Assembly (NCBI GenBank): GCA_028279805.1
Contig: JANQMZ010000001.1
Location: 1-5,972 of the forward strand
Origin: an archaeon
Lineage (GTDB): Archaea > Iainarchaeota > Iainarchaeia > Iainarchaeales > JANQMZ01
Length of the DNA: 5,972 bases
Direction: 5' to 3'
Below the pieces are notes generated by a model that ran no database searches, was not told the DNA's origin, and was given only the letters and a program-made list of their open reading frames with translations. Of the stretch, positions 1 to 5,255 are shown piece after piece. A program made the translations under genes and the position numbers. Position 1 is the first letter of the stretch; each line of letters starts with the position of its first letter.

Positions 1-105
1 CGACTTCCCCACCACCGCGAAGAACTGTCCGACCAATGACCCCCGGACCAGCTAGAAGAACCCCTCGACCAAAAAAAGAACGTCAAAAAACTACGCGACG
101 ACCCC
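1..105 (+). CDS. Partial internal exon of the TSR-containing membrane protein (Pro/Arg/Thr-rich linker)
   Basis: Frame 3 is the only + frame open across 1-105. It reads TSPPPRRTVRPMTPGPARRTPRPKKERQKTTRRP. The exon ends at a GTAAGTTT donor (106-113). C105 plus TG (258-259) forms a Leu codon that joins the next exon in frame. Confidence 0.55.
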
Positions 106-167
106 GTAAGTTTCCCCCAAAAATTCATACTTAATTTTTTCTTTCTGCTTGTTTTGCTTGCATATAT

Positions 168-248
168 AGTACTGTAATACAGTAATTAACGTAAAAAAAT
201 CACCTGTTACCCGCCTACCTATCGATTCTGTTACTGTATTACAGTACT
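168..248. repeat. Perfect 18-bp inverted repeat (hairpin) inside the 152-nt intron
   Basis: AGTACTGTAATACAGTAA (168-185) is the exact reverse complement of TTACTGTATTACAGTACT (231-248), with a 45-nt spacer. Each arm is itself near-palindromic (TACTGTA.TACAGTA). Confidence 0.9.
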
Positions 249-257
249 GCTTTTTAG

Positions 258-412
258 TGTGCGAGGTTTTCGAATGGGGTCCCTGGTCGGGGTGCAGCGC
301 TTCTTGTGGGTTAGGAAGTGAATATAGAACCAGAATTATTAAACCGGAAAGCTGTACAAATTTCATAAGTATCGGCGATACGAAATACTGCGAATTAAAA
401 GCTTGCCATACT
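258..412 (+). CDS. Exon encoding a thrombospondin type-1 repeat (TSP1/TSR)
   Basis: The exon follows a TTTTTAG acceptor (251-257) and precedes a GTAAGC donor at 413. It translates to CEVFEWGPWSGCSASCGLGSEYRTRIIKPESCTNFISIGDTKYCELKACHT. This matches the W-x-x-W-S-x-C-S-x-x-C-G-x-G-x(3)-R-x-R signature and has six Cys. Confidence 0.85.
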
Positions 413-463
413 GTAAGCTTTTTTTAAAAATTTCAAATATTTTTTTAAAAAATCTTTTTTCAG

Positions 464-552
464 CCATCCATCAAATTTTCATCCAGAAGCGCTGTTTCAA
501 CCACCTCCACAGTTTTTTTAATAAAAATTCAGGCAGCTAATGAAAGAAAAAT
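464..552 (+). CDS. Exon encoding the Ser/Thr-rich juxtamembrane stalk of the same protein
   Basis: The exon follows a TTTTTTCAG acceptor ending at 463 (51-nt intron) and ends at a GTGAGTTT donor at 553. It continues the frame of the TSR exon and reads PSIKFSSRSAVSTTSTVFLIKIQAANERK. It ends in phase 2, which is completed by A614. Confidence 0.6.
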
Positions 553-613
553 GTGAGTTTCAAAAATTTTTAAAAAATCTTAATAAAATTTTTAAGAATT
601 TTAAAAAATTTAG

Positions 614-770
614 AGGGTTTGTGGAGAGAAATTTACTTTGGATCATAATCGGTGCCATTTCATCATGCTTGCTTTCGTGCGGCGCTTGCTGCGCTTATCT
701 ATGCAAAAAAGTTCTAGAAGCTATGCAACGGATTGCGATGTTAGGAGAATCACGTTTTGAAATGAATTCT
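614..770 (+). CDS. Exon encoding the transmembrane helix and start of the cytoplasmic tail
   Basis: The exon follows an AAATTTAG acceptor ending at 613 (61-nt intron). It reads (I)GFVERNLLWIIIGAISSCLLSCGACCAYLCKKVLEAMQRIAMLGESRFEMNS. About 24 hydrophobic residues are followed by KK. A GTATAT donor lies at 771. The frame matches track ORF 540..848, which wrongly reads through the flanking introns. Confidence 0.7.
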
Positions 771-843
771 GTATATATATATAAATTTTTAATTTTTAAA
801 ATATTTGAAAATTTTTTAAAAAAAGCTTACGCTATTTTTTTAG

Positions 844-951
844 GTTAGCCAGGCCCCGTCCAGCCAGAGAAATGCTTCGGCAACATGGAGCGAACATTAT
901 TTTGATCCTTTATTAAACAGTACCAGTAACTCAAATTCTTCTATTGTTTAA
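844..951 (+). CDS. Terminal exon (cytoplasmic tail, stop TAA 949-951)
   Basis: The exon follows a T-rich TTTTTTTTAG acceptor ending at 843 (73-nt AT-rich intron). It is in frame and reads VSQAPSSQRNASATWSEHYFDPLLNSTSNSNSSIV*. The alternative is read-through to TAG 846-848 with no splice. Confidence 0.55.
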   Translation, partial: VSQAPSSQRNASATWSEHYFDPLLNSTSNSNSSIV

Positions 952-1013
952 TTAGTAACTAATAATTTGAGTAAAAAAACCAAAATATTAAAATAGAGGA
1001 AATGGAAAGGGGA

Positions 1014-1026
1014 GGGGGGGGGGGGG
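1014..1026. repeat. G13 homopolymer within a longer G-rich run (GGAAAGGGGAG-G13)
   Basis: Direct reading gives 13 consecutive G at 1014-1026, preceded by GGAAATGGAAAGGGGA. It lies at the left boundary of the G-poor tract. Confidence 0.95.
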
Positions 1027-1084
1027 AGAAAAAATAAAACATCTATATACGTAGCAGAGCCCGACAAAACTTTTTGCCAACTTA

Positions 1085-1345
1085 CGCATCAGTACCAAAA
1101 CCCCCACCGAAAAAACAGAGAATCTCCCATCGAAATCATGCCGTATCTTCAAAGTAAAACGGCTTGTCCATCTCCCCAACACCCCATCCAAACAGACCGA
1201 ACTGCAACAGCGTTGCTTCTCTCGACACCAAACACCGACTGCGCTTGATTCCCCCCACGGTCGACACCAGACACCCACCGCGCTTGATCCCCAAAGAAAT
1301 TCGAGCCCGAAGATCCGATCCTCGATATCCCGGCGAAGCATCGCA
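1085..1345 (-). pseudogene. Histone H3-like decayed fragment (C-terminal two thirds), with an internal duplication
   Basis: The - frame of track ORF 988..1374 reads RRDIEDRIFGLEFLWGSSAVGVWC...SRFTLKIRHDF. This is colinear with canonical H3 [25 protein letters not shown]...KRVTIMPKDI. The nucleotide strings cgggatatcga, cggatcttcg and agcgcggtg resemble H3 cgtgaaatcgc, ccgatcttcg and agc(tcc)gccgtc as I recall them. There is no N-terminal half, and the sequence is broken by a 39-bp duplication. Confidence 0.4.
1222..1291. repeat. Tandem duplication, period 39 bp, two copies
   Basis: TCGACACCAAACACCGACTGCGCTTGATTCC (1222-1252) matches TCGACACCAGACACCCACCGCGCTTGATCCC (1261-1291) at 27 of 31 positions. 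This produces the repeated SSAVGVWC in the - strand ORF. Confidence 0.85.
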
Positions 1346-2063
1346 GAAAATAAAACATATAAAAAAATCTGCATAAATACTGTTTATAGAAAATGAAAAC
1401 TACCGTTCGCCCCACACTTTACTCTTTAAATGGACACAATTTCACCCCCCATTTTAACCCATAATACTGTACTACACTATCAGCTTAAACTTCAAATGGG
1501 AGCAATGAATTTTAACTCCCTTTTTCACCATTTTATACCTTCCACCGCCTACACAAACAGGTTTCAGAAAAATTTCGTCAGGTGACAACCAAAAAGAAAG
1601 TTAACTTTTACTTTAACTACCAAAAAGTTACTACGTTTCTTTGGCAAACAGCCAAATTTATCACTTTCTCTATGGTTAAGGAAAAAATCACTTCTCTCCG
1701 ACCACAACTTATGACTCACTTATCTAAAACCAGTTTGTGTGGGTGTTCCCACCCACGTGAAAATCAATAACACCAAAAATTATTTTTCATCAACGTGCGC
1801 ATAAAGACATCCTAGACAATGTCTGTGTTAAATGAAGCGCGGTATCTCATAACCACGCACAGAACGCACAAAAACAAAAATCCTATTCTACAAACCGTAA
1901 CATTTTAAATAATGAGAAGAGACGAAAATCATCAGTCTTATCCAAATCCAATATAAGAATAAAGTTGTCAAATTAACTGCACACATTATATTTTAACTAG
2001 CTAGCAAACATGGACATGAATAAGATTAAAAGATGGGGAAAAAACCACCCAGAGGTGTGCGTC

Positions 2064-2137
2064 GTGACCCCAACAAGTGACCCCCCACAAGATTTTTGAA
2101 AATTAATGAGATAATAAAGAAAATGGACAGTGACCCC
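2064..2137 (+). repeat. Three direct copies of a GTGACCCC(0-2 nt)ACA(A/C)AG motif
   Basis: The copies are GTGACCCCAACAAG (2064-2077), GTGACCCCCCACAAG (2077-2091) and GTGACCCCACACAG (2130-2143). An inverted GGGGTCAC lies at 2334-2341 and a related TGACCCCAACA at 3175-3185. Confidence 0.6.
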
Positions 2138-2207
2138 ACACAGATCCTGAGAACTCTAAAAATGTTAAAAATAAGGAAAATTCAGCATGAAATACCCAAA
2201 AATACAT

Positions 2208-2344
2208 GAAAAAACTCCTTTTTCTATCAAAAAGTGCATATTTCTGGTGAAAAAGAGCATTTTTCCAGGAAAAGGGGCATTTTTATACGAAAAAAGACCA
2301 TTTTTTGTCTAAAAAATTTTCTGGAGGAAAAGAGGGGTCACTCC
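2208..2344. repeat. Degenerate 20-21 bp tandem repeat with phased A-runs and T-runs (PATC-like)
   Basis: The units are AAAAAGTGCATATTTCTGGTG, AAAAAGAGCATTTTTCCAGG, AAAAGGGGCATTTTTATACG, AAAAAAGACCATTTTTTGTCT and AAAAAATTTTCTGGAGG. A4-6 and T4-6 runs alternate about every 10 bp. Confidence 0.7.
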
Positions 2345-2505
2345 AAACATTATTCTCAAACTGAATACGCATAAGACGGCCAATAAACGTTCATATTGTT
2401 ACCTAACCCTCAAAAGAAATCAACATTTTCGAAAATCGCAATGTTTTTCAAATTCTAAAAAATTTTAAAAAATATCCGGAGAATATGAAAAGTGAAGGAG
2501 ATTAA

Positions 2506-2712
2506 TTACCAATAAAGATCGTCGATAAATTCAATATGACACACCGCGAAGTAATCGAGCGCGGCCCTTTTCGCTCTCATCGCATCAATATCCAAGGGGT
2601 GTTTTTTCAAACGAAGCATGGCTTTTTTCCAGGTGAGGTATTCCGGACTGCCGCTGGTTCTAATAGCAGCAGCCCGAAAATTCCACCTCAATCTTTTCTC
2701 TGGTGAAAGACT
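2506..2712 (-). CDS. Second exon of a hypothetical two-exon ORF of unknown function (faint H2A-like similarity)
   Basis: On the - strand the exon follows a TTTTTTCTTAG acceptor (AG = 2714-2713). It reads SLSPEKRLRWNFRAAAIRTSGSPEYLTWKKAMLRLKKHPLDIDAMRAKRAALDYFAVCHIEFIDDLYW* with stop TAA at 2508-2506. This is one of the few stretches in the tract with ordinary G content. The opposite (+) frame is also open here, so the coding strand is unproven. Confidence 0.3.
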   Translation of the reverse strand, partial: SLSPEKRLRWNFRAAAIRTSGSPEYLTWKKAMLRLKKHPLDIDAMRAKRAALDYFAVCHIEFIDDLYW

Positions 2713-2820
2713 CTAAGAAAAAATACCATTTTAAAAAGAATAAACCCCAAAAAACATTTCAAAGAAACTAAGAACAACAAAGACCCCCCAAAAAAAAGTT
2801 TTTTGGAAACACACTGATAC

Positions 2821-2931
2821 CTTCCACTGCCTGTACAATTTCCTTCGAATTTTTGGAATCTTGGTTTTATCCGAAAGAAAAACATATCTGTAGGTCCCGG
2901 AGTACGCATAAAATCCATTCAGGTACGGCAT
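2821..2931 (-). CDS. Possible first exon of the same hypothetical ORF
   Basis: ATG lies at 2931-2929. The exon reads MPYLNGFYAYSGTYRYVFLSDKTKIPKIRRKLYRQWK and is followed by a GTATCA donor (2820-2815). The implied intron 2713-2820 is 108 nt and joins the second exon in phase 0. I recognise no family. Confidence 0.2.
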
Positions 2932-3185
2932 AATTCCGATGAAGCAAAAATAGAGATTTTTTTGAGAAAAATTACTGTTAAATTTTTTTGAAAACAGAAA
3001 AATATAAAAAAAGTTTTTCAAAATGGAAAGAAAAATTTCTATGGAAAGAATGACAAAAAATAAAAATATCTACCCTACCTATATATATAGACCAACCAAA
3101 AATTCCGACCTCGAATTCCTATTGGTCCAATTTTCCTCCTAACCAATACATGTGTGTCCCAAAAAAACGTCAAATGACCCCAACA

Positions 3186-3320
3186 TTTTTGCAAGATTTT
3201 GGCAATAAAACCCAAGCCGAAAAACCTGCCGAACCGAAGCCGAATTCCTCTGATAAGATAAATTCAGCTTCGGTTTTACAGGTTTTCGACTTGGGTGTTG
3301 TTGCCCAATTTTTGTAAAAA
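3186..3320. repeat. Long imperfect palindrome (arms about 55-60 bp, about 80 percent complementary)
   Basis: The left arm is TTTTTGCAAGATTTTGGCAATAAAACCCAAGCCGAAAAACCTGCCGAACCGAAGC (3186-3240). The reverse complement of 3267-3320 is TTTTTACAAAAATTGGGCAACAACACCCAAGTCGAAAACCTGTAAAACCGAAGC. By hand alignment about 45 of 55 positions match. GAATT (3242-3246) and AATTC (3261-3265) extend the stem. Confidence 0.85.
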
Positions 3321-4002
3321 AAAGCTCGACTTAGAACAAAAAACTAAAATAATTAATGACCCTCTCAAAAATAATCAGGTTTTTAAGAATCTCCGGTAAA
3401 TTAGACCAATTTTCCCACACCCAGATCGCACGGAAAGATTATCTGCAGCTCTTTATTTTTGCCTCTGGACCCGAAATTTTTTCACAAAAAGATACTGCAA
3501 AAAAAGTTTCAAAATGTTTCAAAAAGTATACGCGCGCACGTTCATCCCATTTAAAACTACATAAAAAAACATTTGGGGTTTAGACTATTCAAAATTAGCA
3601 TTTTTTAAAAATTTTAAAAAAAGAGCAAAGAAAGTTAAAAAACCTAAGCAATAATCAAAAAATAGACTCCGTAAAAAGGTTTAAAATTTTCTGTCCATAA
3701 ATAATGTCATCAACCAAAAAACGTACAAAAAATGTCAAAAAGAGTCAAAATTTTAACAAAAACATGAGCATTCTATCTCAAACAACAAAATAAACTCAAA
3801 GAAAAAGGAAAAAGAGTGGTGATAGAAAATCAGGGGGCAAACAGTTAAAGTAGCACCCCCTACCCCCCCCTCGCCCGGATATAAAAGTCTCTCGCCCAAC
3901 AAAAAAATTCCACTGAGCCTTTTTTCACGACAACCATACATAAATGTAAACAGGTACGATAGATGCACAGCAAATAAAACACCCTAGAAAAAGCAGATAG
4001 GC

Positions 4003-4033
4003 TCAAACACGCGTGAATCTACGCGTGTTGAAC
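4003..4033. repeat. Palindromic element, left copy (AACACGCGT N6 ACGCGTGTT)
   Basis: A 9-bp perfect stem pairs 4006-4014 with 4021-4029, with loop GAATCT. It is a direct repeat of the element at 4268-4297. Confidence 0.85.
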
Positions 4034-4070
4034 TGTTTTTTAGTCATTATCCCAAGCAGTGACTGCCATT

Positions 4071-4262
4071 TTAGGGGGTTACTATGTCCTTGTGTCCCTA
4101 CGATCACGCACAGTCTACGAACGGGTTTCTCACCACTGGAATGGCGGGGTAGGGCCGGCCGTTGGTTTGGGTGGTCCCGCCGATGGAAAGCCCTACCACG
4201 CACCACGATCCAACTCCTCGATACACTCCTCGCACCCTCCTCGTCCTTCCGATGACTAAAAT
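4071..4262 (-). pseudogene. Histone H4-like decayed, frameshifted fragment (roughly residues 35-102 equivalent)
   Basis: On the - strand a series of colinear matches to the canonical H4 coding sequence (from memory) occurs with drifting small indels:
- tatcgaggag vs tacgaggag
- cgtggtg (exact)
- agggctttcc vs aaggtcttcc
- gccggccctaccccg vs gccgtcacctacaccg
- gagaaacccgttc vs gagaaagaccgtc
- caagga, then taa (4073-4071)

One frame gives GRPYPAIPVVRNPFVDCA, compared with H4 [21 protein letters not shown]. The match needs several frameshifts, so it is not coding. Confidence 0.5.
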
Positions 4263-4267
4263 ACAGC

Positions 4268-4297
4268 TCAACACGCACAGATGCACGCGTGTTCGAG
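4268..4297. repeat. Palindromic element, right copy (degenerate)
   Basis: TCAACACGCACAGATGCACGCGTGTTCGAG has a 7-bp stem pairing 4270-4276 with 4287-4293. It resembles the 4003-4033 copy, and the two bracket the H4-like fragment. Confidence 0.75.
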
Positions 4298-4349
4298 CGT
4301 ACATACTTCCTCTAGCTTTTTTTAATTCACATAATTCGCATTTTATTCA

Positions 4350-4394
4350 GTACATGCATAATGCATAATGTACATCAAGTACATGCATAATGCA
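4350..4394 (+). repeat. Short direct repeats GTACATGCATAATGCA x2 plus GCATAAT tandem
   Basis: GTACATGCATAATGCA occurs at 4350-4365 and again at 4379-4394. GTACAT also occurs at 4370-4375, and ATGCAT palindromes are embedded. Confidence 0.85.
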
Positions 4395-4578
4395 AAATTA
4401 AAATTACCATCCTTTTTTTGTTGCTTTTTTGCTTTTTTTGAACCAGACCTTAAAAAATATTCACGCTTACCAAAAAATACGCTACCAACTTTAAACATAT
4501 TAAAAATTGCTTAAAAAATAAATGAAAATAAAACTTAGCCTAATCTAGCCTCCGAGCGATCCCGACACTGCTAACCCT

Positions 4579-4779
4579 TCCACTGAAACCCCCAATTTCA
4601 GACCCAAGGACCCACGAGCTTCGGATCTTCGAATTTCGGATCTTCAGACTCGAATCTTCGGAAAAACTTCGGAAAATCAGCAACAACTAAAGCAAAAAAG
4701 AATAAAAACATCAAAAACAACATTTAAAAATAAAATTTTAGAACTAATAGAAGGCGCACAATTAACTACGACAAAGTGA
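4579..4779 (+). pseudogene. Possible second histone H3-like decayed fragment
   Basis: An open + frame without a start codon reads STETPNFRPKDPRASDLRISDLQTRIFGKTSENQ...KILELIEGAQLTTTK*. Compare H3 [33 protein letters not shown]...DIQLARRIRGERA*. It shares CGGATCTTCG plus CTCGAAT with the - strand H3-like fragment at 1299-1317. The call is weak because the region is low-complexity and A-rich. Confidence 0.25.
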
Positions 4780-4919
4780 AATACGAGAATAAAGATTCGA
4801 GACGACATACCCTCCAAAAAATGAAATCCCAAACCCCAAAATTCTTTTAAACCCCAAAAAATAAAAATAACTCTTCAGGACCCCTTTCATAAACAAACCG
4901 TTCTAAAAATCAACCAAAA

Positions 4920-5028
4920 ATCAAATCTCGACATCCATTTAACTTACCCCAAAAAACCACACCCCCATCCTCCGCGCGGTGATGATCACTCCATGGAGAA
5001 GCTTGTTCAACTCTTCGTCGTTTCCGAA
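4920..5028 (-). pseudogene. Histone H2A C-terminal fragment (decayed)
   Basis: The - strand region 5028-4942 reads [38 protein letters not shown] (5022-4996) is identical to the invariant H2A motif in ...[22 protein letters not shown].... The following ggagtgatcatcaccgcgcggagg resembles ggagtcaccattgctcaaggagg. An upstream in-frame TAA lies at 5031-5029, and no N-terminal histone fold is recognisable. Confidence 0.6.
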
Positions 5029-5105
5029 TTAAAATCGATTCTTCGGATCATTCTTCGAACGATTCCAAAAAGAAACTAAAAAAAGAAAAACATTAGGCTA
5101 AAAAA

Positions 5106-5162
5106 TCTTTGTCAAATTTTGGTCACTTTTCTTTCCCCAAAAAAACCAAAATTTGACAAAGA
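5106..5162. repeat. Perfect 18-bp inverted repeat with 21-nt loop
   Basis: TCTTTGTCAAATTTTGGT (5106-5123) is the exact reverse complement of ACCAAAATTTGACAAAGA (5145-5162). A related string TTAGTCAAATTTTATGTG lies at 5252-5269, and GCAAGATTTTGGCAAT occurs in the 3186-3320 palindrome. Confidence 0.9.
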
Positions 5163-5255
5163 CCCAAAAAACTAATAATAAAATAAACAAAACACATAAA
5201 ATTTAACTTAAAATATTTTTATAATAATAATTAAAAAGTTTTCTTAAAGTTTTAG

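Noticed and set aside
91-366. Track ORF 91..366 (-), 91 aa
   Set aside because: It runs antisense across an intron plus the TSR exon. The + strand has a textbook TSR signature with flanking splice sites, so the - ORF is a by-product.
512-532. Possible mini-intron GTTTTTTTAATAAAAATTCAG inside exon 464-552
   Set aside because: At 21 nt it is too short for spliceosomal removal. Retaining it keeps the frame open and joins correctly to the next exon.
540-848. Track ORF 540..848 (+) as one continuous CDS
   Set aside because: Only 614-770 is exon-like. The N-terminal KFLKNLNKIFKNFKKF and C-terminal YIYKFLIFKIFENFLKK parts are AT-rich intron sequence bounded by GTGAGT..TTTAG and GTATAT..TTTTAG.
988-1415. 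Three overlapping ORFs (988..1374 -, 1149..1415 -, 1164..1376 +) as real genes
   Set aside because: They overlap in several frames on both strands and contain a 39-bp duplication. The sequence is low-complexity and there is no credible start. The region is better explained as a stop-poor decayed H3-like fragment.
1618-1770. H4-like reading of ORF 1582..1770 (+)
   Set aside because: I did not list it as a feature. Similarity is limited to KV..FL and ITFSMVKEKITS vs [13 protein letters not shown], and the C-terminal third does not align. It is indistinguishable from chance without statistics.
2563-2574. GGCCCTTTTCGC resembling the 5' arm and loop of a histone mRNA 3' stem-loop
   Set aside because: No complementary 3' arm follows (CGCTCTC instead of AGGGCC), and it lies inside an open reading frame.
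3356-3583. H2B-like reading of ORF 3356..3583 (+)
   Set aside because: I did not list it as a feature. Only scattered anchors align (RI, H, GPE, KKYT..SS) in A/K-rich low-complexity sequence, and the ORF overruns the expected stop by 16 codons.
3880-3887. TATAAAAG as a functional TATA box
   Set aside because: The motif is consensus-like, but the only downstream + strand candidate is the short TCCACTGAGCC H3-like string, with no ORF. A single A/T-rich octamer in AT-rich DNA is not evidence of a promoter.
4285-4300. GTGTTCGAGCG resembling a tRNA T-arm (GTTCGA)
   Set aside because: I could find no acceptor, D or anticodon stems around it. It is part of the palindromic repeat.
4003-4368. Five overlapping ORFs in the GC-rich block as protein-coding genes
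   Set aside because: Open frames occur on both strands and in multiple phases, which is typical of GC-rich stop-poor DNA. The H4-like similarity jumps between frames, so none is intact.
4828-4860. CCCAAA/CCCCAAAA strings resembling ciliate-type telomeric repeats
   Set aside because: The strings are not tandem or regular. They are a consequence of the general A+C-rich composition.
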